Both the position numbers and the translations under genes were made by a program. A stretch of DNA of 63,473 nucleotides, filler included, from Folioceros fuciformis (taxonomy: Eukaryota): the NCBI GenBank assembly GCA_049999805.1. It is 19 parts of 19 records of this genome, joined end to end, with 100 filler letters (N's around TTAATTAATTAA, not from the genome) between each part and the next. Parts side by side here need not be neighbours in the genome. Positions count along the whole stretch, not along the records: positions 19,345 to 24,927 come from JBNGIO010002985.1; positions 25,028 to 32,731 come from JBNGIO010002986.1; positions 32,832 to 36,459 come from JBNGIO010002987.1; 16 more parts are not named here. One strand, given 5' to 3'. Positions 24,324 to 36,559 of this stretch are shown here, piece by piece. Numbering within the stretch: the stretch's first letter is position 1; every line of letters begins with the position of its first letter. The notes below the pieces were generated by a model. That model saw only the letters and a program-made list of their open reading frames with translations, ran no database searches and had not been told where the DNA came from.

Positions 24324-24525
24324 ATGTGGGTTGGTGATCTTTACATCTTCTACAGCTTACACCTTATTGCTTAGAACACAACTTTCTATCAATGTGTTGG
24401 TGTCCTTCCTTTGCCCCTGCAAAATATGTGGGTTGGTGACCTTTACATCTTCTACAACTTACACCTTATTGCTTAGAACACAACGTTCTACCAATGAATG
24501 GGCGTCCTTCCTTTGCCACTGCAAA
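24324..24525. repeat. About 102-bp tandem duplication
   Basis: ATGTGGGTTGGTGA...CTTATTGCTTAGAACACAAC at 24324 and 24426. Confidence 0.85.
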
Positions 24526-25027
24526 ATACGCGGTCATGCTACAAAATATGTGGTCATTCAGAGTTTGAAATTGATGAGAAGGATGAGACTTGTTGAAGCC
24601 ATACACACTTCCTTGAGAGGAATAGGCTTCCATGCAGGTAGAATCCATCCCCTAGCCAACTCAAATAAACAAGTTCCTAGAAAGGGATCTATTGAAAAGG
24701 TCCTAGATAGAATAGGAAATAGAATATATATAATAACTATTATCATGAACTTTCATATTGAGATAATAACGATTATCATGAACTTTCATATTGAGACTAG
24801 TCTAAGTAAGGTTCGTCCTCCATGAAGATCGTCCACCTAGAATACTATATAGAACATAAAGACTTTATAAAAAAAAATATACTACATGTAGAGTTCTATT
24901 CCGAGAAGGTCTGTACCTATATATACANNNNNNNNNNNNNNNNNNNNNNNNNNNNNNNNNNNNNNNNNNNNTTAATTAATTAANNNNNNNNNNNNNNNNN
25001 NNNNNNNNNNNNNNNNNNNNNNNNNNN

Positions 25028-25530
25028 CTGCCGCTGGAGCCCATTTCACCACCTCTACGCCTTCCAGGTTCAGGATTATCTGGACAGCTGGAGGCCGAAG
25101 CACCGGAACCGTGATCCACATGCATATCCAAGGAGACGAGCTGCTCATCAACCCATGCTGGCTTAAACCTGTTGTCCAACCACAGCACCTCGCCGGACCC
25201 CTTACGCCGGAAGTCAGGGGAACGGGAGCTCTTCTTGTCTCGTCTGTTATCCCACCACATGGTAGGGTCCAGAAAAAGTTGTTGCCACAAGTGCTCCTTT
25301 TCCTCCTGGCAACTACCAGCATCGTCGGAAAACCCGTCCCTGCCCACACACGTTCTCGTTCTCGGAGGTGGAAGTGCTGGGCTCCTCACACTGCTGCACC
25401 TGGAGCCTTTGTTTGCAAAGGGTTCACTCCGGAAGCTGAGGTGAGCGGGGGTTCCTGGTAGAGTCCTTGTACACACACCAATTCCAATTTGTTGGGTCCA
25501 CAACAGGTCCGGTTGCCATACTGTGGCCAT
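25028..25530 (-). CDS. 5' part of a gene with an OSB-type PDF motif (ssDNA-binding), probably organelle-targeted
   Basis: LWQQLFLDPTMWWDNRRDKKSSRSPDFRRKGSGEVLWL...PAWV (25138-25287), preceded by an R/S/P-rich N-terminus. Runs off the contig end. Confidence 0.82.
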
Positions 25531-26522
25531 CGTTCAGGGACCGCTGTCGGTCCCGCCTGAAGGGGTGAGCCGTCCTATAATACCTGTGGGCGACCTGTCG
25601 GACTGGTGCTTCAGACCTCTCGACCATGTCACGGATATTAGGTAGTAACTTGATGTTTCAGTTTAGATATACAAAACAGGTACTTGCTTGTCGGTAACGC
25701 CCCCTTCCTTACGCAGCGTAAAAAGGGAGCGCTCCACTTACAAAATCACTCACTCTCCCTCACGCGACTCAACACTAGACTCTAAGTAGCCCACCGTTCA
25801 CTTCACTGACGACTCGCAAACCACCTCCTCTAAGTGCTGCTATGGATTCTTGCAAAAGAGTTTGGCGATTACAAGAGTTTGGTGATCTGCGTCCCACTGG
25901 CTAATCTGACAAGCTTTCTCTTCTAGAGTCTGACAAGCTTGCTCTTCTAGAGTTTGGCGATCTACGTCCCACTGGCTAATCTGACAAGCTTGCTCTTCTA
26001 GCCGTCCACAGCTATGTCTCAAGGCTAGACTTCTCACTGTCTACCTCCCTCTCTCTATCTCTCTGGGTATGTCCTTAAGACCTTAACACTGGCCTGTTTA
26101 TATTCCACAACTTGGCCTATTTATACTCCACAACTAAGCCACTGCTAAAGCTGGGAATGATCCACACCACTCATCTCAAAATACTAGTAGTCATTACAAC
26201 TCCATCCTTCTTAAGAGGTTTTGCCTGGAACACACATCTTGTTTCCAAAGGCAACAAGAAGCATACTTGCTTCTTCATCAAGAAGCTCTAGATTTAACTT
26301 TCACCTTTCTACTTTTAACTTTCATCTTATTTCACTTATGCCATTCCTCTCTCCCCCATTAGGAAGGTGCTCAATGACTTGCAGTATAACGTGACATCAT
26401 CCATGATCCTTGTTGCACATCTTGAAGTGAAACCCATGATCTACAAAATGATCTACAAAATCACGAAGCCTTACTAGATACTCTAGAACATTACCACAGA
26501 CAGAAGGCACTTCTCTTTCTAC

Positions 26523-26631
26523 TAGGAATTCAACAATCTCCTGCACACTATGGTTTCTGTTAGGAATTCAACAATCTCTTGCACACTATGGTTTCTGTTA
26601 GGAATTCAACAATCTCCTGCACACTATGGTT
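26523..26631. repeat. 38-bp tandem repeat, 3 copies
   Basis: TAGGAATTCAACAATCTCCTGCACACTATGGTT at 26523, 26561 and 26599. Confidence 0.93.
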
Positions 26632-26663
26632 ATATTGAACCAGGATAACATAGTCTTTCCTAT

Positions 26664-29600
26664 TCATGTCTTCATTCTCTTTCGAAAACATGAGACATGC
26701 AAAGAGACATGAAACACATCATGAGAGAAGATCCAATAAGGCAGCTGTAGTTTGTAAGCCACATTCCCAATGCGCTTCAGAACTACAAAAGGACCTCCAT
26801 ACTTAGGCCTTAACTTTGGGAACAATCCTTGAGGTACTAGGAAGTGCTTCAACTTTACCAAAACCTTGTCACGCACTTGAAATTCTCCCTCTTTCCTGTG
26901 CCTATCAGCAAACTTCTTTTGCCTGTCTTGAGCTTTGGCCAAAATCCTCTTAGCAGTTTCATGCCTAGCCCTCAACTGCTCAATAAATTCACGTGGTTCT
27001 CTGTCTCAACCACGCCAACATTCAACATGGAAACTACGTCCATTGCTTCGTTACCTATCATTTGAAAAGGTGTATAGCCTGTGGAGGTATGTACACTATT
27101 GTTGTAACAAAACTTTGCATCCTCAAGATGATTACTCCAGTTTCTCTGGTCCATCCGTACATAATGTCGTAAGTATTCCTCTTGGATTCTGTTTACCCTT
27201 TATGTAGATCCATCTGTATCAGAGTGATATGTTGTGCTTAAACATAGTTGCACTCCCAAGGTCTTCATAATCTGTTGCCAAAATTCCGTTGTGAATTTGG
27301 GATCTCTATCACTCACAATTTGCATAGGCAATCCATGTAACACATAGATATGCTTCTTAAACAATTGAGCAAAATCTGAAGCCTTCACTTGCTTCTTCGT
27401 GGGGATAAAGTGTGCTTGCTTGCTAAACCTATCAACAACTATCATGATAGCTATGTATCCATTATTGGGTGGCAACGGCATAACAAAACCCATTGATATA
27501 CTCTTCCAAGGCCCACTTGGAATAGGCAGGGGTTGCAACAAACCTCGTGGATTTGTCTGCTCTACCTTATCCTGCTGACAATCTACACAAGACCTCACAT
27601 ACTATACAATATGTTTGTACATTCCAGGCCAGTAAAACAACTTCTCATAAGTTGTGTCAATTCCCCGATGACCAGCACTTGGCACATCATGACATTTTGC
27701 AAGCAACTGTCTTCTCAACTCTTGAGAATTAGGAATCACAATCTTGTTTTGCTTGAACATTAACAGGCCATTTCTAAGCTTAAACTTAGACCCCGGTTGC
27801 TCCATTTCATTGATCCAATCTTGCATTAATGGATCGTGCAGATAAGCCTCCTTAATCTGGGTGTGAGTGTCCCTTGGCTCAATCACCATCTGTATTGTAG
27901 CTAGCTTAGGATTCTTCAGCTTAAAAACAGATATTATACTGAACTCCTGCTTGCGACTGAGAGCATCTGCCACGAGATTCTCCTTCCCTGACTTATACTT
28001 AATCTCCATACCATACATCGCTAGGAAATCTTGCCATCTAGCTTATCTTGCATTTAGTTGCAGCTTATTAGAAAAGAAGCTTGTACTTACATCATCTGTG
28101 TACACCACAAAAGATCTTCCAACAAGATAGTGTCTCCAAATCTTGAGACAATTGATGACGGATGTTATCTCCTTCTCATATGTGGAGTATTTCCTCTCAT
28201 GTTCATGCAACTTTCTTGATTCGTAAGCCACTAGCCTACCTTTTTGCATAAGCACTTCTCCAATAGCTGTATCTGACGCATTAGTATACACTTTTATATC
28301 TTTCTTTGGATCATAGATTGCTAATATTGGGGTAGTGCTGAGTTTGAACTTGAGAAACTCGAATGCCCTTTGACATTCCTCATCCTACTTCCAAGCCTTC
28401 GCCTGCTTCAAGAGATCAGTTAATGGAGCAACAATTTTGGCAAACATCGGTACAAATCTTCTGTACACGCTAGCCAATCCCAAAAACATACGCACTTCAT
28501 GCACATTGCTTAGCGGCAGCCAACTTTGTATGGCTTTTACCTTATTAGGATCCATCCTGATTCCATCAGCAGAGACAATGAATCCAAGGAAGTCTATCTC
28601 TTCCTTAACAAAGTCACACTTTGTTATAGCTAAGAACAAAGAATTTGCTCTTAACCTTTCCAACACTTTCCTCAAGTGTTGGACATGCTCCTCTAAGGTA
28701 GAACTAAATATCAAAATGTCATCCAACACACTCATCCAACAAAATCTTTGAATATAGTATTCATGAGAGTTTGAAATGTGGCTGGTGCATTAGTGAATCC
28801 AAATGGCATGACTAGAAATTCAAAAGATCCATACCTTGTCCTACAAGCAATTTTGTATTCATGTCCTTCTACTATACAAATCTAGTAATAACCAGCCATC
28901 AAATCTAGTCTGGTAAAATACTTAGCACCTTTCAACCTGTCAAACATATCATCCATCCTTGGCAAAGGATAAGAATTCTTGACTGTTATCTGGCTGAGTG
29001 CTCTGTAATCCAAGCATAACCTTAATCCTCCATTCTTCTTTCACATAAACAATACTAGCGCACCAAATGGGGATTTTGAGACTCTAACATAGCCCTTGGC
29101 TAACAAGTTAGACATTTGTCTCTTCAACTCTTGAAGCTCATATAGCGACAATCTGTATGGCGCTCTTGAAGGCGGTACACATCCTGGCTTTAGATTAATC
29201 TAATGATCTACAACTCTCCTCTGAGTGTAAAGGAGGTAACTCAGTAGGCATCAAGTCTTTAAACTCGTGTAAGACAGCCTATATCTCCTTTGGAATCTTT
29301 GGTTGCTTTTGAGACTTCATCTCAAGACTGCCTACTAGTCCTTGCAACACCAATAAATAGAGTTCCTCTCCATTCTTGACACAACGCTTGAGCTGTTTCT
29401 TAGAGATGACTTCATCAATCTTGTGTCCAAGCTGATCCTCAAGAAGTGCACAACTCACTTTGTGCTTTTCATCTCCTAAGATCTGTATGGTGTGTGAGTC
29501 CACGTCTACACATACCTTATTGGCCTTCATCCATGCTAAGCCCAAGATGATTTTATGATCATCCATATTTACAACTGTGAAGCTTGTTTCTCCTATCCAA

Positions 29601-31250
29601 TTGCCTATCTGCAAAGGGACTTTTTGCAGCTGTCTTCAGAACTGTAACTTTCCTTTTGCTTGTTTCTCCTATCCAATTACCTCTCTGCAAAGGGACTTTT
29701 TGCAGCTGTCTTAAGAATTGCAGCTTTCCTTTTGCTTGTTTCACTATACATGGCTCTGAAGTACTAGCCCATGTCAAACCAAGCTTACTTGCTTTGCTAG
29801 GAGAAATGAAATTATGTGTTGCTGCTAGGTCAAGCAACCTCTTCGCTTCTTCACGATTCACACATCCTTCTATATACATGAGCTCTTCACCCGCCCTATG
29901 AATAATGCTGTCCTCAGCATCTTGAAACTCACCACATGTAGCATGTGCAACATGTGGCCAATCCCGTCACTTGGGATTGTCAGATCTGGATACTTCTGTA
30001 ATCCTGAGTCTTTGGGGCTGTGGGTTGTCTTGAACAACATTCAAAGTTTGTTGAGCATTGGGGCATTCATTCGTATAATGTCCCGGCTCTCCACAAGAAA
30101 AACAAACTCCTTTCCGAGAACCCATTGTCACTGTTCTCTGAGCTCCGTGCCCCCTGCGCACTCCTTGATTTCTCCCACAGAAGCTCCCACTGGAGTTGCC
30201 TCTTGCAACTGTACTTCTTTCATTATCCTTGGGAGTTCCTCTGCCAACTCTGCTGGAAGAAACCCTAGTATGCATACACCGTCCATGGGTATTACTTTGA
30301 AATCTTCGTGAGGTGCTGGATGTGTTGGAATGAAAGGTATCTGGGATAGCATTTGCTGCTGTTATGGTCTCTGCCAAGGTCATTGGACTATACAACTCAA
30401 TTCTATTAGCAGCCCAGTCCTTCCAACCAACTATGAAGCGATGTAGTTTGTCAACTTCACTCATTGAAGTATTATGCATAACAGCTTCACTAAAGGCACT
30501 TACATATTCCCGTACAATACCTGTCTACTTTATATTATCAAGTAGCTGCCGGCTCAAACGTAAAGCATTCGCAGGTTGGAACTGCTTCTTCAAGGCCTCT
30601 TTAAAAGATGCCCAGTCTGTGATGGTGTGTGCCCAGTCTGTGATGGTGTGTGAAGCATTCACAGGTTGGAATTGCTTCTTCAAGGCCTCTTTAAAAGATG
30701 TCCAATATGTGATGGTATGTGCTCGATTACCCTGGGCTACATTAGCACAATAACTTCGACACCACACCAAAGCATACCCTTTTAGAAAGTTGCCCATAGT
30801 ACCTAAGTAATGCTTAGGCTCAAGGCCAGATGAAGCAAGATCGCTTTCAATAGAGTAAATCCAGGAATCAATAGCTTCTACATCTTTTACTCCCTCATAC
30901 TTATCTAGCATGACCAACTTCATATTTGCCCTCGGAACTACTTCGAAGATATGAAAAGGATCTTGATTTTCTTCAGCTTCCTCATTCTATAGAGCTATAG
31001 GCTGTGGATCCTTCCTTGCCTTTTTCCCAAATGCCTTCCCCTTTGTCAAATCTTGGAGAACTTCATGCAATACTTCGGGAAGAATTTGTCGTAAGGCGAT
31101 CATCATCTGCGTCTTCCAATCTTTAGATTTTTCTCTAAAGGGTTCTACTGAGTCGGTAGGTGACATCTCCTTGCCTTGATTCTCTTCAAGTTGTTGAGGC
31201 AGGGGCTTAGGAGAAACTTCTCGTATCTGCATCCTTTGGCGCTTAGCCAT
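26664..31250 (-). pseudogene. Gypsy gag-pol (many stops and frameshifts)
   Basis: Gag W.SFKEALKKQF and CFSCGEPGHYTNEC; PR LLDLAATHNFI; RT LDDILIFS; RH TNASDTAIG and AYESRKL; INT HDVPSAGH, VVDRFSKQAHF, SDRDPKF and GPF/HDVFHVS. Confidence 0.93.
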
Positions 31251-31842
31251 CTTGGAGGAATAGACTATGCTCTAGTACCAACTAAGTAACGCCCCCTTCC
31301 TTACACAGTGTACAAGGAAGCAACGGCCCTGAATCTCGTCTATTCGCTTCGCAGCGTTCCACTTACAAATCACTCACTCCCACTCAAACGACTCAGCACT
31401 AGGCTCCAAGTAACTTGCCGTCCACTGACGACTCGTAGACCACCTCCTATAGGTGCTGATCTTTATTTTAGATACTTACAAAAGAGTTTGGCCATCTACG
31501 CTCCACTGGCTATTACTCTGGACTCATTCTGACAAGCTTGCTCTTCAAGCCCTCCACAACTATGTCTCAAGGCTAGACTTCTCATTGTCTACCTCCTTCT
31601 CTCTATCTCTCTATGTATCTCTATGTATGTCCGTAAGAGCTTAACACTGGCCTATTTATACTCCACAGCTAAGCCACTGCTAGCAGGGAATGATACACAC
31701 CACTCATCTCAAAATACTAGTGGTCATTACAACTCCATCCTTCTTAAGAGGTTTTGCCTAGGAATATAGACACCACTCATCTCAAAATACTAGTGGTCAT
31801 TACAACTCATCCTTCTTAAGAGGTTTTGCCATCTTCTTAAAA

Positions 31843-32258
31843 GGTTTTGCGTGGAATTCACATTTGTTTCGAACGGCAATTTCCAAAGGCTTTGCCTAGA
31901 ACTCACATCTAGTTTCCACAGGCGATTTCCAAAGGCTTTGCCTAGAACTCACATCTAGTTTCCAAAGGCGATTTCCAAAGGCTTTACCTGGAACTCACAT
32001 CTTGTTTCCAACGGCTTTGCTTTGCCTGGAACTCACATTTTGTTTCCAAAGGCTTTGCCTGGAACACATCTTGTTTCCAAAGGCTTTGCCTAGAACTCAC
32101 ATCTAGTTTCCAAAGGCTTTGCCTGGAACTCACACCTAGTTTCCAAACGCTTTGCTTGGAACTCACAGCTAGTGTCCAAAGGCTTTGCTTGGAACTCACA
32201 TCTAGTTTCCAAAGGCTTTGCCTGGAACTCACATCTAATTTCCAACGACATTTTCCAA
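31843..32258. repeat. 33-bp minisatellite (about 11 units, some 46-bp variants) inside the 5' LTR
   Basis: Unit TTCCAAAGGCTTTGCCTGGAACTCACATCTAGT. Only one unit in the sister LTR (about 26220-26252). Confidence 0.93.
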
Positions 32259-32831
32259 CAGAAACATACTCGCTTCTCATCAAGAGAGCTCTAGATTTGA
32301 CTTTCATCTTCTTTTACTTGTGCGATTCCTTTGTCAGCCGCCATAAGAACAACAAGAATTTCATATAAGGCTTGTCAACGTTAAGTGCGTGCCAACCTAC
32401 ATACCCCAAGACATTTTAACCGAGCCATGGTATCACGGTCTCTGTTTCTGATTACGCAGTTGGGTCAGTTGGTATCTTGAAGGCCGAAACGGCAACGCGG
32501 TCCTGCATTCACGTGACTAGACGAGGAATTGATTGTGATTGGGGTTGCCAGTTTCACCTGCTTCCTGTGAACTGCCAAGCTCTTGTGCCTGGATACTCCT
32601 CGGCATACTGGCTACCAATGTGCTTTCACCTGCACTGTACACCATCATATACATACGGCAGTATTGGTAAGGAAACCGAGTTCAGGAGACCCTGCAAAGC
32701 ACGTGTACAACGTGCTCATCATGAACAGTGTNNNNNNNNNNNNNNNNNNNNNNNNNNNNNNNNNNNNNNNNNNNNTTAATTAATTAANNNNNNNNNNNNN
32801 NNNNNNNNNNNNNNNNNNNNNNNNNNNNNNN

Positions 32832-32935
32832 AAGGAAAATTAGGGAAAATAAGTTGAAAAAGAAAACCAAACCATACCACTTTTAACCCTTTTTCAACCA
32901 AAACAAACTACTACCCCAAACTTTAGAGGTTCACA
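32832..32935 (-). mobile_element. LTR terminus (TGTGAACC...), same family as 49965
   Basis: Reverse complement is near-identical to 49965-50068. Similarity stops at the TG/CA end. Confidence 0.75.
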
Positions 32936-34176
32936 GTACGAGACGGGCCACCAAGGCAACTTATTGGTGTCTGGAGCATGGCATGCAAGATCTAAGGGCA
33001 AGTGAGCTAGTGGAGACGGCCACGCAACTACAGCAAGGCAGTATCACCCACACGCCCTGATCATGCTAGTAGTAGCAGCAGCAAGCTGCCCCGGCCTTCC
33101 AAAGTTCATAGTGATTGCTATAGAGGTTGGTTGCCTTCAATTTACATATCGGAGTGTTTGCCTCGTTGAGACAAATTAGTAAATGTAACTGTTGTCCACT
33201 TTTGAGTTAGATCTAGGGACTAAATGCCTTGGAGGTGCCTGGCCGTCCAAAGTTCATAATGTCCACTACAGAGGTTGGTTGTCTTTGATTCACATACCAA
33301 ACTGTTTGCCTCGCTGAGACAAATCGGTTGGTTCAACTTTTGACCACTTTTGCGTAAGATCCAGGGACTGAATGCCTTGGAGGAGTTGGTCACCAAGGTT
33401 TTTAGTTGGGGAATGTTGGTTATTTGCTGCCAACACTGCTCCTGTTGCAGCATAGGTGCTAGCGCTTGTGGACAATGACACCCCTGCTCTTCTAGTACAT
33501 GTAGCCTAGCTCTTAGCTTAGTTTTTAGGTTGGCTTCCCCAAGGACCCAAGCAACACACAACGGAGGAGAGCAGTCAAGAGACAGGAGCAGGAGCAAACT
33601 CAGAAGTTTGTGGAGTGAACCACCAAGGGCTGATGTAATTGCGTTTGGTGTGCATGGGGAATGCAACCAGGTCAGGAGGCTAGTACGCGTTACCGATTGA
33701 GAAGCCGAGACGTCCTATTAGAGCTTCACCAGAGCGTGCATAGCGCAGGCGAAGGTGGGTACCTCGACGGCGCCAACTTGCAAGTGAAGAATAAGCAAGA
33801 GAGGAGCCGGAGCCAACAACTTGAGTTGCTCAACCCAGTGGGTCACCCTTCTCAGATGTGAGCAGGATTGTTGTGCTAACTAGCTCAGATTCAGAGGGTA
33901 AGCCAGCTTGTCACGAGGGATCTGGACATCAAGGTTCCCTCCATTCACAGCCATCATTCGTGAGGTCATACCAAGCACATTCAGGGTTTGGTGGGCCTGC
34001 CCTCGGTGCAAGGCAAGGCCAAGGTGACCTGCTTGAAGGATCATACAACATGGAGGGTGGTTCACTAGGGCTTAGGCAGGCCAGGCACTCAATCCTTGAG
34101 GGATCTTCGCTTGTTCAACAATTCAATCATCAACAGGGTGAAGTTCAAACATGGTGGTACCTACACCCACTAGTAC

Positions 34177-35037
34177 ATGTTTGAACAGTTGTCTAGCTAC
34201 CTAGTAGATAAGGCGTTGGATTTGTACAAAGCTCACCAGGCTAAGCTGTCAAGTACCATCGCCACTGCTAACCTTGCCTATCAATCGGCTTTGCAGTTGG
34301 TATATAATCCCAAGCTGGCAGCAGTCGTTAATGCTCATCAGGCAGAGATTGCAACCAAGACTATCCCTGCTACTACACCACCTCCAACGATGGTGAGTTT
34401 GTCACCAGCAGAGCGTGCTACTGCCACAACTGGGGTGCAAGAGTTCATACGCACCTACAAGTATTTGAACCCAGTGGAGGAGTTGTTGGTTATTCTGGAG
34501 AAGGCCTTTCCACTGAAGACCCTAGAGAAAATTGCAGAACTTGTTGCTTCTGCTCACAAGAAGGGGGAGACAGTTTAGATGTGTTTCAAGAGGCTTCAGA
34601 AGCTGAGGGAAGGAACAGGGATGCTAATAGATCAAGAAGCAGCTGAGAGGTTTCTAACTGCACTTGAGGGGGACTCGCTATTTCATTTTCAAGTGGTTAC
34701 ATCTCTTGTGGACAAGTACGGGGATAAATACACCTTGGAGCAGGTGCATGAAGAAGCTGAGAAGAAGGAATAAGCCTTCTCAGCCTATGCCTCCAAGCAT
34801 TCCATGGCCTTCACGCACTATCAGTCCATGTTTTCCAGCAAGGGAACAACTAGCATAGGTGCAGGATCTAAGACTAGCCAGTCTAAGCCAGTTAAGATAG
34901 CTTTAGCACCAACCCTAGCGGCGGCAGTGACAGCCATGTGCAATCATTGTGGCAGACCTGATCACATGTCTCCTACGTGCAAGTGTCCCCCCGAGGGACT
35001 TTACTGCACCCATTGCCAAACGAACGGGCATGTGGTC
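34177..35037 (+). pseudogene. Gypsy-like gag with two zinc knuckles, truncated by an LTR insertion
   Basis: ORFs at 34177, 34579 and 34804 share one frame. CNHCGRPDHMSPTC, then CTHCQTNGHVV cut at 35037. Confidence 0.7.
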
Positions 35038-35274
35038 TGTAGACGAAAAAAACTTTCGGGACTCCCATTTGGAAGGACAGAATGCACAGGTTGTGATTTT
35101 TTTTTTTTGTGAATACGAGTGAATCGGCTTAGTCTGTGAATAAGACTTGGGTATTTATAGCCAAAGTCTCCTTGGTCCTTGGTGTTTTGATGGGATGGAG
35201 TGACAGGACCGAGGAGAAGTGTGAGTGTGAGTGTCCTTGGCCCTTGGTGGTTCGGGGGTACTCAGGTGTCTATA
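35038..35274 (-). mobile_element. 3' LTR (about 237 bp) of a Tat-like Gypsy element
   Basis: TGTAGAC ... GTCTA(T)A termini. G10 PPT on the minus strand at 35281-35290. Confidence 0.72.
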
Positions 35275-35648
35275 TATGCACCCCCCCCCCTGGAAATAAG
35301 AAAATAAGGAAGGGGCCATGGACTTAGGTAGTCGTGGACTTAGACAAAAAATCGGATGTTGTGACTAGGTGATGGTAGCGGGTTGGGCGACCGTCGTGGA
35401 AGAGGAACCGGCGGTAGTGGAATGGGAACGGCCAGTATAAAACCCTAGGGGGAGTCAGGGCGACCTACTCGGCATTCAAAGCAGAAATGTGACCGCGAGT
35501 TTGGAGCGGGAGCGAGAGTAGCCGTGGAGCGCAACCTCGACTAAGAGCAGAGCAGGCGCTGAGGCAACGGACCGGAGCGGGCAGAGGACGACGGGCAATC
35601 CACAGGCGCAGGAGGAAGGGTTCATAAGTGTGAGGGTGATCAGGCAGA

Positions 35649-36459
35649 ATGAGGGCCCTCCCGAAGCTGCTGCTAGGAGTAATGGCGACTAGAGAGGAGG
35701 AAGGACCTCCTGTCCCAAAGATTGATGTGGTCCTGTGGCCTAATATGGAGCACTGGAGGGTCAATCCGGAAGGCTGGTTGAAGAGCTAGGCCTCGGGTTC
35801 ATGACCCAGAGGTGGAATCATGTAGCACCGTAACTGGTCAGGGAGTGCGCCCTGAGGTTGAGGGAGCCAGCCCGGGAAGAAGGGATCCGAGGCAGACCCC
35901 AGGACTGGAACCTAGAGCTAGCAAGGCGGGTGTATGGCCGCGACCAAGAGGAGGAGGGAGGACTCGTGCTAGAGTCCTTGAAGAAGCGCAGCAGCACAGC
36001 GGTTGCCGAGGCGCTGTTCAAGCCGGGCACCAAACGAGAAGCCAACGGATGGCTGATCCGTGACATGGCCAATCCCTAGCTGATGGGTCTGGCTAGGTGG
36101 TTTCTGAGCTTCCTGCAAATTTGCAAGCAGGACTACCTATCAAGCCAAATGCTCAGGTTCCTGCATGAGGTCGTCAAGGGGAGTAAGGTGGACTGGGGGA
36201 AAATTTTGTACGCCAAGATGGACGAGGAGAGGCAGAATTTGACCCTGCCTTCTCTTCAACCTTCGATGATCTCCCCATTCATGGTACACATTTATTGCTA
36301 CGCTAACCTTATGTCTGAACTGGAGATACTCGCCTCGCTGCACATGTGGAGGCCGATAAGGGACGTGAAGTGGAAGCCTGCCGAGCCAGAGGAAGCTGAC
36401 TCCAGCAGCTGAGAGTCGGAAGGCGGGGATAGTTCAGGAGAGGAGACTCCTACCAAGCA
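35649..36459 (+). pseudogene. Antisense accessory ORF of the Tat-like element
   Basis: TATAAAA at 35436. Protein-like frame GRPQDWNLELARRVYG...NGWLIRD...VDWGKIL...ISPFMVHIY, with stops and a frameshift. Opposite to element polarity. Confidence 0.65.
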
Positions 36460-36559
36460 NNNNNNNNNNNNNNNNNNNNNNNNNNNNNNNNNNNNNNNNN
36501 NNNTTAATTAATTAANNNNNNNNNNNNNNNNNNNNNNNNNNNNNNNNNNNNNNNNNNNN

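Larger units (their letters stand above)
25693..32330 (-). mobile_element. Full-length decayed Ty3/Gypsy chromovirus-like (Galadriel-like) retrotransposon
   Basis: TSD TTGTC at 25688-25692 and 32331-32335. 5' LTR 31285-32330, 3' LTR 25693-26348. Degenerate Met PBS 31269-31280, PPT 26349-26357. Gene order gag-PR-RT-RH-INT. Confidence 0.93.

Noticed and set aside
31843-32258. CRISPR-like array, and the 107-aa repetitive ORF at 31984-32307
   Set aside because: Contiguous tandem units with no unique spacers, no cas genes, and inside a plant LTR. The ORF is a by-product of the 33-bp period.
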